Made by a program: the position numbers and the translations under genes
Shown: positions 1 to 12,375 of the stretch, piece after piece
How positions within the stretch are numbered: position 1 is the first letter of the stretch
Layout: the number at the start of each line of letters is the position of its first letter
Assembly (NCBI GenBank): GCA_022813865.1
Contig: JALDZX010000056.1
Span: 1-64,000, forward strand
Direction: 5' to 3'
Source of the DNA: Xylographa opegraphella
Taxonomy: Eukaryota
DNA length: 64,000 nt
The notes under the pieces: model-generated
Database searches by the model: none
Seen by the model: only the letters and a program-made list of their open reading frames with translations
What the model was told of the DNA's origin: nothing

Positions 1-1156
1 CGATCCGGCCAAGCTATCCCCTCCCGGGCCTAGCTTACCCTGTGAAGGTGAGAACCTTAACAGATGACTGCCGCGCAAGCTGCGGAGCTGTACTATCAAT
101 GTATATAAAGAATTTTATGGAACGCCCGAAACGGCCACTTCGAATAGGGGACCACAGTTTACGTCGGCATTTATGGACGAATTATGCAAGTTTACGAAAG
201 TTAAGCAAAAGCTTTCAACTGCGTATTACCCGCAAATAAACGGAAGCACCGAAGTGCTAAATCAGTATATTGACCAACGACTTCGCCCCTTTGTCAATTA
301 CTTTTAAAATAACTGATCAGATCTTCTGCCAGCTATAGATTTCGCGCAGGCTATCTTGCCTTACGCGTCGACCGATATATCACCCTACGAACTGGAGCTC
401 GAACAGAGCCCTCGTTTATATTTCAACTAGAAGAATCGTACGCAGTCTTCGACAACCGTTAAAGAACAACTTACGAGGAAGAAAACTTAAGCATTTGGAT
501 TTAGAATATACCAAGCAATTAAATAAATCAAGAAAAACCTGCAATAGGCTTAAGAAAAAATAACAGTTCAGGCCAATAAACATCGCAGAAAACCCGATTT
601 TATAGTAGGCGACTGAGTATACGTAACAAGAAAAGACTGGACTACGCAAAGATCGAGCATAAAATAAAATCATTAAACAGCAGAACCCTTTAGGATTTCA
701 ACGATAAAAGGCTATTCGTACGTACTAAACCTGCCTAAGCATATGAAAATTGACAACATATTTCACGCAAACAGGCTTAGAAGAGCTCCCGAGGATCCAT
801 TATCGAATCAGATTCAAAAACCTGACGAACCAATTGAAATTAATAGCGAACCCGAATATACAGTCGAGCGAATCTTAGCCAGCCGAATTAAGAAGGATGT
901 TTTATAATATTAGGTCGAATGGCAGGGGCACGATCCAGACGCCGACTGGTACGATATAAAAGGCTTTATCGAATCGCCTCAAAAAGTGAAAGACTACCAT
1001 ACTGCTTATCCAGGAAATGCTGGACCGCCAGCAAGATTAAAGATCTAGGTAAATACTTATAAATCGGGCATGGAGCTGAAACCTACAGAGGAAGATAACG
1101 CACCTGCCAAGAAGAAAGGCACGCAGAATAAGCGACGGGTGAGACGAAGGGCTTAA
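1..1156 (+). mobile_element. RIP-inactivated Ty3/Gypsy (chromovirus) retrotransposon, 3' part of pol: integrase core and chromodomain
   Basis: The frame from 140 reads SNRGPQFTSAFMDELCKFTKVKQKLSTAYYPQINGSTEVLNQYIDQRLRPFVNYF*NN*SDLLP, matching the integrase SDRGPQF...STAYHPQTDG motif with transition-type changes. The same frame from 854 reads EYTVERILASRIKKDVL*Y*VEWQGHDPDADWY, a chromodomain. In-frame stops are of the CAA>TAA, CAG>TAG and TGG>TGA type. Confidence 0.9.
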
Positions 1157-1183
1157 AAGGCCTGAAAACAGACCTCCTATTCT

Positions 1184-1195
1184 GAAGGGGGGTAA
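1184..1195 (+). other. Polypurine tract of the retrotransposon
   Basis: GAAGGGGGGTAA lies just after the end of pol and immediately before the putative LTR. Confidence 0.75.
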
Positions 1196-1426
1196 CATAA
1201 CGACGTATTACATAGTACCTTAATAAATAATAGACGGAACGGGATTAAAACGCGTCCAGGACTCAGGCTAGTTCAAAAGCGATTAGAAATCTTAATATTA
1301 ATACTGTTTATTTTAACTTTTACGTATATTATTAAACTTGCTTCCTTATATTCTTTTAGGTTGACATCGCTCATTTATAACTGTGGTTCTAGACCTGCTT
1401 TTCTGATGAGATAGCGAGCCGTAACA
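1196..1426 (+). repeat. Putative 3' LTR (~230 bp, RIP-mutated)
   Basis: Starts right after the PPT (cataacg, a degenerate TG start) and ends in CGTAACA, where composition switches abruptly to extreme AT richness. The partner LTR is not in the window. Confidence 0.55.
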
Positions 1427-2640
1427 GATTTTACGACTTTCGAAAAAAAAATTAATATTATAAATTATCCAAAAGTTTATTATCGAATAAAAAAATGCCT
1501 TTTTAAAAAACGCTTTTTAATATTTTTAATTTTATATAAAGAATAAAAAATATTAAAATAACGTCTTAATTATTTTAATAAAAGAAATTAAACAGTTAAA
1601 ATTACAATAAAATTTTTTTTATATAAAAACGTTAAAAAGTTTAAAAACTCTGGCGTATTTAACTTATATATCGCAGGCAATAAATAATTTTAATATAAAT
1701 TTTTTTTATATTTTTTTACAAATATCTGTGATCGCGATCATTATTTTACCCCTTGTTTAAGGGAACATTCATCGTTACACTGAGGTTTATTTTATACGTG
1801 ATTTTCTTTTCAAAAGGCCTTTAATCTGCAGAGCTGTTATCTCGCCTGCTTTTACAAAATCAACGTAAACGGATTTTATGTTAAATGATTCAACGCGAGA
1901 GGACCTCTCGTTCAATATACAACGTCCTGGAAAATTGAAACCTTTTAAAACTAAACTCGAAATAAAAACATTTTGTTAATTAAAATAAATAATTTACTTA
2001 TTAACGCTCGATGTTTAATTTATATATTTTTATTTTTAAAGTAGTTACGTTGCAATCAGGTAATTTAGCGTAAAAAATTCGTTTAATATATAACGTTGTA
2101 AAAAATCAAAACCCTTTGAAATTAAATTTAAAAAAGAAATATTATATTAATTTCGATACGAAAATATTGTATTATTAACGATTAAATTTAATTTAAAATT
2201 TTTATTTTCGAAACAATTACGTTGTAATTAAGCAATTTAACGTAAAGAAATTTTTCGTTTAATATATAACGCTGTAAAAAAACAAAACTCGAAAAAATTA
2301 AATTAATTTTAACACGAAAATACTATATTACCAACGATCGAAATTAAATTTAAACTTTTTTATTTTTAAAGTAATTACGCTGCAACCAGGTAAAATTATA
2401 CAATATAAAAAAAATCTTTCGCTTAATATATAGCATTGTAAAAAGTTAAGGCCCGGGGGAAACTAAATCAAGAAAGGGAATATTATATTAATTTCGATAC
2501 GGAATTACTGCGCCATTAGCGGTCGAAATTTAATTTGAACCCCTTTATCCTTAGAGCAGCTACGCTGCAATAATAGGGCTCGATTCCAAAAATATTCATT
2601 ATTTTCTTTCATTTACACAAAAGGCTCACATTGCTCGTGA
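1427..2640. repeat. Extremely AT-rich RIP relic containing about four degenerate 160-185 bp tandem units (about 1985-2570)
   Basis: Recurrent unit end: gtagttacgttgcaa (2041), caattacgttgtaa (2214), gtaattacgctgcaa (2371), gcagctacgctgcaa (2556). Shared blocks include ttcg(t/c)ttaatatata and atattatattaatttcgatacg. TpA is abundant and CpA/TpG is scarce. Confidence 0.8.
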
Positions 2641-2920
2641 CACTCTGCGCTTTATGCATTTAACGATAAATTACCCCATGGCTCACGCTGAACCATTTTA
2701 ATTTTACTCATCAGGTTAAAAAAGCTTGAATATATTTTCATGACAACGGAACAAGTTTTACTCAATAATATTCTGGAGACAAATTATGTCCTTGGAGACT
2801 AGCATGTGAGCATTAGCTCTGGCTGTAACTTGGCTTTCAATGAGGTCGGTATCTTATAGTATTTCATTCAATAATGCTTGCCTCGGGCATATTTTCAGCA
2901 CTGGTGGCAGAATAGCCTAA

Positions 2921-4785
2921 TTAAGGGAAAAAGAATGTAGCTACCGCGATGATGAGATAAACCAATACGCAAAGAGCACCCTCCAGGTAGTTGGACTCTC
3001 CGTCGCGAAGGAAGTTGTTGACGACGAGAATGGCCAGAATGAGGAGAATAGCCTGGAAGGTCGAAAAGTTGAGATTCTGTTGTGGATAAGATTGAGTGGC
3101 ATAGGTACGTGATATCAAGACTAACCATATCTATTTGAAATCCCCAGCCGACAATGACAACCAAGGATGAATTTAGGAGCGCTGTCTGTAACGATGAACC
3201 CAGTACGTGCGCGAGTGCAAAGTTCATCTTCATTTTATATTAGTAAGTCCCAGTTCGATCTTGCTGGGCATGAATAATTACCGAATTATCCCATGCTTCA
3301 TCGATTGCAGTCAAGTGCTCCGCAAACTTTTCTTTGTTATGTTCAGCCATGCGCTCGGTAGATTAAAGCTCTAGAATCCAAGCGACGTACCAACTAACGG
3401 CACCAGTATTAAGCCCATGAACATATCGCTAATTGTAGTCTCTTCCACTATGATTTCGATCTCCTGCACTATGAGGATATTAGTATGATTCAGTTGGTTC
3501 CTATAACATGGAAGCTTTGGTACCCAGAAATATAGCATGCATTGACACACACGCTATTGCCAACAGTAGTGCAATTATACATTCAGTAAAAGTCAATTTG
3601 TGTTTTGCAAGATCCTCCTCCCGGTCTGCATCTTTCTCCTCGTCCGACTAGAATTTTTGTTAGACATTATTGCGCTTAACTCAGCAAAGAAATTTTCACC
3701 TCGAGAACGGTGTGAAATATGGAGTGGTGGGTTCTCGTTTGAAACCAAACATATCTATCGGCGCGGATTAGTTTTTATAGTTCTGATATTTATCCCTATT
3801 GGAATTTCAGGTTTGCTAAAAAGCGTAGTCCCAGAGATTCTAGAACGGGGTGAAAAGGCGCCGAGCTCCCTTATTGTAAGAAATCCGTTATTGCTGGCAA
3901 TGAACCCGTGGCTCCAAAACTCAAGAGAATATCCAAGCGTATGACTTACATTATGAAGGCAGTTAGCAGAATCACTGCTGTCGCTCTCGATATCTTCAGG
4001 ATAAGCTGATCCAAAACCACTGAGTCAACATCCGCCGGAACGGCCAGGGAGAAAGCACAGGGGATGATAAGACCAAAGCCTCCAGTGAGCAGCAAGCCGC
4101 TACCAACCTCGCTGACTACACTGTCGAATTCTTGCTTGTCTCGCCTCATACCACCAACGAAGAAACACATTCCTAGACAGAGCAGAAGATTCGCCAGTAT
4201 TGAGCCTAAGATAGCGTCTTTGATGACGGGTACCAGATTGCCGTTGTCGTTTTTGGCAAGCAGAACCATGAAAAGTACAATCTCAACAATGCTACCAAGG
4301 AAGGTCTCAAGAAGGACGCCTAATAATTGTTAGCATAAACCCCAGACATCCAGTGAATTTGACAGACCAATAACCTTAGGAAGTTTTCGAGCCAGTTCCT
4401 GGCCTGCAAATCCAATGAGATTGGCAGTAGGTACCATCGCTACATAGTTGAGCGCAAATACCCACAAATGGGAATCTGGCTTGGCGAAGTGTACGGCAAT
4501 CGCCGCAGGTACGAACGGCCACAGGACGTTGACAAACTTGGAGATCATGGAGGAGCTTTTGAAACAAATTTTCAAAAACATCCATGGATGAAGCCACCTT
4601 CGACCGCTTTCCCCGTCAGGATGAATTCCTTTCTGCACCAGATGGCCGTTGTGGTTGTACCTTGGCAGGTGTGGATCGTGCGAGTTATCCTCGTTGTCAT
4701 GAACCGCAGAATCAACGGTGTTTATTCCTTGCGCTACTCCATGCTCAACTCCGCTTTGATAAGTTCCTTGCTGCAAGCCGGACAT
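2921..4785 (-). CDS. Ca2+/H+ exchanger (CAX/VCX1 family), about 8 exons
   Basis: Spliced translation: HPDGESGRRWLHPW...WVFALNYVAMVPTANLIGFAGQELARKLPKVIG|VLLETFLGSIVEI...AILGSILANLLLCLGMCFFVGG...MGLILVPLV|EKFAEHLTAIDEAWDNS|MNFALAHVLGSSLQTAL...NFLRDGESNYLEGALC. Seven introns with branch points keep the frame. Confidence 0.9.
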
Positions 4786-5341
4786 TGTGTAAGATGCTAT
4801 AGGTTTTTTGGACTGCAGGCCTATTATGTTCTGTCACAGCAGGCGAATGAAAGCAGCTGCGAGGACGGCGTTGTAACCATATATTCTACCGATAGACTCC
4901 AGCGACAGAGCAAAGATATGTCGGTCTCCCAACAGGGGTCGGCGCTTAGCTAATGCTTGTCGTTGAACTGTAGTCAGTAGGTTTCATTATATTTTGGCTG
5001 TATGAACTCGAGGAGATCAGAGATAAGGAAGAATGACAGTTTTATGGTCGGTGAGAAATATAGCACGAACGCAGAGTTAGCAACAGTTGGGGGCTGAGAG
5101 AACGCCAAGTTGGCCAATGCAGACCAATATCGTCAGTATGTAAGCCAAGGCTGGCATGCACGAGGATTGAGCGTATTACCGGGCAACATCGATTAGATAG
5201 GCTCGAAACGTGTCAAGCGAGCTGTAGTACAGCCAGAATTGAAGAGCTTCAATCAGTACTTCGTAACTTAGTGCCTCTCGTTTGTTGTAACCTTCCGATG
5301 CGAAATGGACTTTACCAGCAACTTATTGTGGAGTCCTCGCG

Positions 5342-5357
5342 GCACGTCACGACGTGC
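5342..5357. promoter_or_regulatory. Inverted repeat GCACGTC-AC-GACGTGC in the divergent CAX/CYS4 promoter (candidate bZIP/bHLH site)
   Basis: Perfect 7-bp arms with two ACGT cores, about 170 bp upstream of the CYS4 ATG. Function is inferred. Confidence 0.35.
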
Positions 5358-5529
5358 TGAGGCGCTTGGGCCAAGGTCCGGTGGTGTCTGTCCGGCTTCC
5401 CGTTTCCGAATAACAAGTAAGTTTAATAGAGTAGTCTAGAATACCTAATCCACACATTTTCCTTGATCAACATTTCAAAATCCCTTTCTGAAGTAATCAC
5501 TGGAACGCAGTGGCCATAGATGATCGAAC

Positions 5530-7143
5530 ATGTCCACATTTACAGAGCCAAAGCTGCCTCCAGTTGTCATGGACACCGTCCTCCAGCAGATCGGGAGCAC
5601 TCCGATGGTGCGATTGAACAAGTTGCCTCAGAGCTTGGGGATTGAAGCCACGGTTTACGCGAAACTGGAATACTTCAACGCGGGAGGCAGTGTCAAAGAC
5701 CGCATTGCGCTGAGGATGATTGAGGAAGCCGAACAGTCGGGTAGGATAAAACCTGGGGACACGTTGATTGAACCGACTAGCGGGAATACTGGTATCGGCC
5801 TTGCCCTTGTAGCTGCCGTGAAAGGCTACAAGACGATCATTACGTTACCTGAGAAGATGTCGCAAGAAAAGGTTGCCGTTCTCCGGGCGCTGAATGCCAC
5901 TATCATCCGAACGCCTACGCAGGCGGCATTCGACTCGCCAGAGTCCCACATCGGGGTGGCGCAGCGATTACAGAAGGAGATACCGAACGCACATATACTT
6001 GATCAGTACGGAAATCCCGATAATCCACTTGCACACGAACACGGTACAGCGGAAGAGATATGGACACAGACTGGCGGCAAGGTTCAGGCCGTCGTCGCCG
6101 GTGTTGGAACTGGCGGCACAATCACTGGCATCGCAAGAGGCCTCCGAAAGCACAACAAGAGAATTAAGATCGTTGCGGCTGATCCTTACGGCTCAATTCT
6201 GGCCTTACCCAAGTCCCTCAATGACGATAACATCGACGAGGCATACAAGGTGGAAGGAATAGGCTACGATTTCGTGCCAGACGTGTTAGATCAGCATATC
6301 GTGGACCTCTGGTACAAAACCAATGATCGGGAATCTTTCATGTACGCCCGCAGGCTCATCGCAGAAGAAGGGCTTCTGGTCGGCGGCAGCAGCGGCAGCG
6401 CTATAGCAGCTATGGTAAGAGCAGTAAAAGATCTGGAATTGGGGAAAGACGATGTAATTGTCGTAATCTTGCCTGACAGCATCAGAAGTTATCTCAGCAA
6501 ATTCGTTGATGATGATTGGCTCGCGGTTAACGACCTTTTACAACCAACACCACCCTCTACAAACCCACCGTCGCCCTATATCAAAGCTCATGGTTCGAGT
6601 AAAGATGCATTTATGGGCGCTACTGTTCGAACCCTCCGACTGAAACCCGTTACAACCGTGCTATCAGACTCTTCATGCAGTGAAGCTATTGTGACCATGC
6701 GAGAAAAGGGTTTTGATCAACTTCCTGTATTGACGCCTGCACACCGCAAGCTAGTCGGACTGGTCACTCTTGGTAACTTACTCAGCTATATAAGCAAGGG
6801 TCGTGCAGGCGCTGACAGCCCAGTATCGGAGGTCATGTTCGACTTCTCAAAGATTCTCGCAGTTAATACCGATCCTAGGAATATTGGCCATGTTACGCCG
6901 CTTGTAAACAGGAAGAGCACGCTGGCGAATAGTGAGTTATATCATGATGGAAAATCTCAACGTCGGAAATTTGCAGAGATAACACTTGATACGCCTTTGC
7001 AGGCACTCGGTCGATTCTTTGAGTGGAACAGTGCTGCTGTGGTGACAGAAAAGGATGAGAGCAACATCATGAGACCTGTAGCTGTGGTAACAAAGGTCGA
7101 CCTGCTTACTTGGCTCATAAAACAGGGTAAGATTTCGACTTGA
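5530..7143 (+). CDS. CYS4: Cystathionine beta-synthase (intronless)
   Basis: PLP lysine motif AKLEYFNAGGSVKDRIA, plus EPTSGNTG, GVGTGGTITG and YKVEGIGYDF. C-terminal CBS domains (MREKGFDQLPV, VVTKVDLL). No N-terminal heme segment, as in fungal CBS. Confidence 0.96.
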   Translation: MSTFTEPKLPPVVMDTVLQQIGSTPMVRLNKLPQSLGIEATVYAKLEYFNAGGSVKDRIALRMIEEAEQSGRIKPGDTLIEPTSGNTGIGLALVAAVKGYKTIITLPEKMSQEKVAVLRALNATIIRTPTQAAFDSPESHIGVAQRLQKEIPNAHILDQYGNPDNPLAHEHGTAEEIWTQTGGKVQAVVAGVGTGGTITGIARGLRKHNKRIKIVAADPYGSILALPKSLNDDNIDEAYKVEGIGYDFVPDVLDQHIVDLWYKTNDRESFMYARRLIAEEGLLVGGSSGSAIAAMVRAVKDLELGKDDVIVVILPDSIRSYLSKFVDDDWLAVNDLLQPTPPSTNPPSPYIKAHGSSKDAFMGATVRTLRLKPVTTVLSDSSCSEAIVTMREKGFDQLPVLTPAHRKLVGLVTLGNLLSYISKGRAGADSPVSEVMFDFSKILAVNTDPRNIGHVTPLVNRKSTLANSELYHDGKSQRRKFAEITLDTPLQALGRFFEWNSAAVVTEKDESNIMRPVAVVTKVDLLTWLIKQGKIST

Positions 7144-8026
7144 TTGTTATGATCGTGATTGAGAAAAAGGGACTGCCGAAGTTTTGCGATCGAACAAATA
7201 GTATCCAGCAGCAATGGCTGAACTGAACTTGGATGTGGAACTGAATTGACGATCATTGTATGGGCAAACCATGTATCATTACATGCGATGGAGTTCAACA
7301 CTGGAAGCATAAACGACGTGGCCTGGTCTATGGAGCCGGAATTAGGATTCGAATTTCTGCCGGGTCGCTGTCAGCCATGGTGAAACGACTTTAGAAAATT
7401 GTGTAATTATAGTTACTTTTGAAAAATAGAGCATTAGATTTTGTTTCCCGAATTAGTAAAGACCAGCCATTGTGTGTAATGGTACGGGTACACGACAAAC
7501 GTCGCTCGAATAAGTAGTATCAGGTGAGCATCTTTCAGTACAGGATTAATCCTATATTTATTAGTGCAATTGAGGTTGACGAACAAAAATTGCGTACCTG
7601 GTGCTACTTTTACCAACCATTTTGATTGCATACTCTTATTCCAGGAGCTACTCTTGTTCCAGGAGCAACGTGAGGCCTACAGAGTGCCCCAAACACAACT
7701 AATGATAAATTCGAACCCTTGTTAATCTCTGACGGAACTTATTGAGTGTGCGACGACTTTATTCTCATGGACCGTGGATGTTCATTCGGACCTGTAATCG
7801 AAGGTATGTACTGCCAAAGTCAATGTACGATTTTATGGTATCTGAATCCCCGATAATGGTTGGAGCGTGGAGTATGTACCGGTTTTCTCTCTGTGGCCAG
7901 CCTCCTAGTCATTGCGCTTCGGTAACAAATAATTTCCTTAAGGGAACGGTACCCCTTCGCAAATTCGGTGCATACGCGTATTGTAACTGGAACGCCTTGA
8001 ATAGACTATGAGAAGCCTGGGATTGA

Positions 8027-8955
8027 TCAGAGTATGCTTCCAATCCAGTCCCACCACATCTTGATGTTCACTCCATCGCCAACGACGTTTCCTCCCCCAA
8101 CAGTCACGATAATATTGGCCTCCTCCAACTGTGAGAACTCAAAGCTCCCTTCTCCGCCGTCACCCAACCAACCCTTATCATCGACAGAATCTCCATCGTG
8201 TATAGCGATACCGGAGTCTAACAGACCTTTAGAGCGCGATAAACGTACGTTGGTAATCTCCTTTTCTAGGACGTTTTTGACAAGTGCAGCGGGCAGAGCA
8301 GTGAACAAATCTAGCTTGTTTGCAGCGATGAGGACTGGAATCTCGCTAAGTGTCCCCGAGGTCTTCAGTGCTGTGGACCTCTTCTGTAATGTCAAGAGAA
8401 CGTCATAAAGAAATTCTGCTGCTTCTTTCAGACCACTAGATCCAGGTGTAACGTTTGCAGCGTCCACGACAAATACTATACCCTTCAGGTATTGAGGCTT
8501 GATCAGATTGTCCAGCGCATAATGGCGCAATTTTCCATGGCCAGGTGTATCTATCAGTAGAAAGCGTTTATGAACTTGTGAAGTAGGATCGTTGGAAGAC
8601 CGATATTTAGATGACGCAGCCCCAATTTTCACTGGAAGGGAGACTTCGACAACTAGAGGATATTGAGATGTATGAGTGGTGGCTGGGATATGTCGTTCAA
8701 ACTATATAACTCCAGGATTGGTAATACTCATGATTAGGTTTCTTGAATGCTTACCAGGGTCAGCAGGCTGGTCTTCCCAGCATTGCTCGGGCCGAGAAGC
8801 AAGAATGATGGTAGGCTCGTCGTGGACGGGGATCGATGAACGATGAAATGTAAAACCACGGGAGTGACTACTGCAATAATCAAAGTGACTGCGATAGCGA
8901 GTGGAGTCGGTGCAAGAAGAGAAGTTGTCCAGCTTGTGGACTCTGACCAGGACAT
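8027..8955 (-). CDS. SRP102: Signal recognition particle receptor beta subunit (2 exons, intron about 8702-8754)
   Basis: N-terminal TM helix, P-loop LLLGPSNAGKTSL, LIDTPGHGKLR, IVFVVDAA, LIAANKLDLFTA, C-terminal WWDWIG. Confidence 0.92.
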
Positions 8956-9396
8956 TTTGGTTTCTTTTGTCCGTTGCAGGCCTCTTTCATATCTTACATG
9001 AACTCCGCAAAAGCGAACTGTATGGCCGCGGCGTTTCCCAACTAATGGAGCTTATACTGTACTGTGGAAAGGTAGAGGGTAGGTACTTTAAATAGCGCCG
9101 CTAATGCTAGCTTGGTGTGAAATCCAGATTAGGTGGCTAGGTGGTAAGCAGTAGTAGGTCCTACCTTACTCCAACATGCAATACCTTATATTCACATAGC
9201 AGTCTAGAGTACATCCGAAGCACCATTTCGAGAATCACTACCTTTGCATGTTGTTCCACGACCGAGCTGGTGCTTGCGTATCTGTGTACTATCATGGTGC
9301 TATAATCCTACCCGAATCTACGGAAACCCCCAGTTAGCCATTGCGGAAGTTCAACAAGTAGATACCTACATCAACACTGCAATTTCTGTGAAGGCC

Positions 9397-11851
9397 ATGA
9401 GCACAGAGATTAAGCACAGTGCTACATTTTTCGACCTTCATAGTCCCTCAACTGCAAATGCTTCAATGATTGCACCTTCAGTAAGCACCGATGTGGACAT
9501 GCGGATGGATGACATACCTGATGTCGGGGACAAACTACCGTTGCATGAGGATATCATGCAACTATCTAGGCTCGGAGAAATTGGTCCCATACAGACACTT
9601 TTCACCGATGGCAAATATAAGCCGGATTATCAGGATGAAGAAGGGATAACGCCGTTACATGTATGCCTGAGTACCAGGGAAGGCGCCAAACAATTCGTTT
9701 TTCCTACTGACACTTCTGCTAGTGGGCAGCCATCAACAACCATTATGCATTGTGCAGAATTCTTATAGACGCCGGTGCACGCGTCAATGCTAAGGGCGGA
9801 GAGGCCGTAGCCACACCAGCCATGTGGGCCGCCCAAAGATGCAACTACTACGTTGTTCAACTGCTCCTCCAGTCTGGTGCGGATTCGCTTCTTACCGATG
9901 CGCAGGGGTATAACATTCTTCATCTCGCTACGTTTGACGGGAATGTCTTCTTGCTTGTTCTGCTTCTTCACCAGAACGTCCCTATCGATGGACCAGATCT
10001 TCAAGGGCATACATGCCTAATGTGGGCGGCATACAAAGGATATCCTGCATGCGTGGACCTTTTTCTTCGCTGGGGTGCTAGTGTTGATGCCATAGATGAG
10101 AATGGATTTACAGCGCTACACTGGGCCCTGGTCAAGGGATCAGCCGCTTGTATACAGAAACTCATTGAGTACGGCTCAGACCGATTCGCTGAGACATTAG
10201 ACCACAAAACTCCAGCCACGATCGCAGAAGAAATGAAGTCTGTCTATATCTGGGAACGGGTGTTGGACGAATGTGGCTATGACAGTGATGGAAACCACAA
10301 GAATTTGCCGTTGCCATATATGTCCTTTTTAAAACAGCCAAATTTCCTCAGCAGATTCTATTTCTTATACCCGTTTGTTGTGATACTTCTTCTTATTTAC
10401 ATCCTGAGTAGCATGGTCATTTACGCTGCGGTACCAATCGCTTTTGTGATCGCATATACGTTTCAATGGGGGGCACAGAAACTGCTTATTTTGGCACCTC
10501 CAGATATGAAACACTTGCATCGCACTGTGAGACTTGACAGAGATATAACCATGATATCATGCTGACCGAGTCGCAGCCATATCTCGCTGGTGTGTTTGCT
10601 GGAACTTGTTTCTGGGTAGGAGTGCGATGGATTACAAAGATTCTACCAAGTGAAGACCAATAGGATGTCTTTTTGATTGAGGATAGTACTGATCTTGTAA
10701 TAGACACGTGGAGATCGAGACCATTTCTGAACATATTATTCTTTCTCAGTTACATTACTTGTTCTTACTTCTACGTAATGAGTATGGTTGAGGATCCGGG
10801 TTATGTGCCGAAATCCGGTAGTCGAAGCCAACAAAAGGCAGCCATCGATGAATTACTCGAGCTCTGGAAGTTTGACGATCAAAACTTTTGTGTTCATTGC
10901 ATGACTCGTATGCCGCTTCGCAGCAAGCACTGCAATAGATGCACGAGATGCGTAGCCAAGCACGACCAGTAAGTTTGAGGCTGCACCTTATCCATCATGT
11001 GCGCTAATAAATCTAGTCATTGTCCTTGGATATATAACTGTGTAGGTGTTAACAATCTTAGGCATTTTTTTCTATACGTACTCAGCATGGAAGTTGGAGT
11101 CTTGATTTTCATAAGACTTGTCCTATCCCGTGAGTCAACAGAGGTCCAGTCTGTGGCTCCAGTTGCTAATGATATCACGCTTTGAGATTTAGAGAACTTT
11201 CCGGCTCCAAGCATCAGCCAGTGTAATGTACTTGCGGAAAGTATCTGCAAGATTATCCTGCGAGATACTTTCACTGTAGTTTTGACAATATGGGCGAGCT
11301 TACAGCTGACTTGGGTAACCATGCTGTTATTCGTCCAACTCGTCCAAATCTCGAGAGCAACCACTACCTATGAAAACATGAGAGGTCATGGTGGTCAGGG
11401 GTCTCGGGCCTCTGAAGCAATCACAGCCGCGCTAACATCAGGAAGTACCGGTATGGGTGGAGCACAACTGGACCCACCGATTAGTGGTTCTCATGGTCAT
11501 GGTCACGGTTATGATCATCATCACAAAGAAGGATATTTTGCGCAATGGAAGAAGCTACTAGGCCTAGACACATTTCTAGCGACGGCGCAAGACGGCCTCG
11601 AAGGGTCTCGACGCAGTCGCCGACGGCATAATCCATATTCTCGCGGCGTCGTTATCAACTGCAAAGACTTTTGGTGTGACCCGGCGCCGGTGTTTGGCAA
11701 ACGAAATAGCGGTGCGGCCATGCTCGATGGCCAAGTTGTGAACTACGCTAGACTCTATGAGACTCCTCTACGGATGAAAGCACACCGATTGAGAGACGAC
11801 GGCGGCGGCGGCGGTCAATACCATAGCGTCGATGACGACAACGTTGTCTAG
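9397..11851 (+). CDS. AKR1: Ankyrin-repeat DHHC palmitoyltransferase (about 6 exons)
   Basis: Ankyrin repeats ([42 protein letters not shown]) and TM helices. Cys-rich domain [38 protein letters not shown] with DHHC split by an intron. TTYE motif present. Confidence 0.95.
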
Positions 11852-12375
11852 ATAGTTATACTACAGCAGTCCGCAGAAGATATGTTATAAGTATTGTGTT
11901 TCCTATGCGCTTTCAATTGGCCTTTGACAGCTTTCTGGTCTGGGAAGCCTGAGGTACCTAGTCTTATCACAGGGTATGTCAGATCCACCACGAAGATATT
12001 TTAAGGTACTTTCGTTTTTCGGAAGCCTTTCACGTACCTAACACGGCATGACGCGCTAAAACATGTTTAACGTGGATCGTCATGTTGCCTATCACACTTA
12101 CTCCTTATAGAGAGAGCTATAATCCGGTTGTATTTGGTCATCGTACCTGCCAAACGTTTCCGCTGGTGGCGCATTGTTCCATGTGGGCACTAGAGCCGAG
12201 AACACTCCTATCCGGTTATAGCTTTCTTACCTGATGTGTCTGGCAGCTTCGTTCGGATGTCGCAATGATGATATATGCGCTAGACCTTACTCTGTGGTGT
12301 AATACTTTCTGCCTTTCTGTAGTTCCTATTGCTTTGTCTTCGGTCAATAATCGAGTACTTCAAGACTGACCTGAC

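Noticed and set aside
1773..1779. CGTTACA as the end of a second LTR
   Set aside because: No matching LTR start, PPT or coding remnant is discernible in the RIP-ed sequence.
1985..2570. Regularly spaced repeats as a CRISPR-like array
   Set aside because: Whole units are homologous with no unique spacers, the context is eukaryotic, and there are no cas genes.
12265..12374. ATGATGA...CTGA as a box C/D snoRNA
   Set aside because: No terminal stem and no convincing rRNA-complementary guide. It overlaps the pseudogene promoter region.
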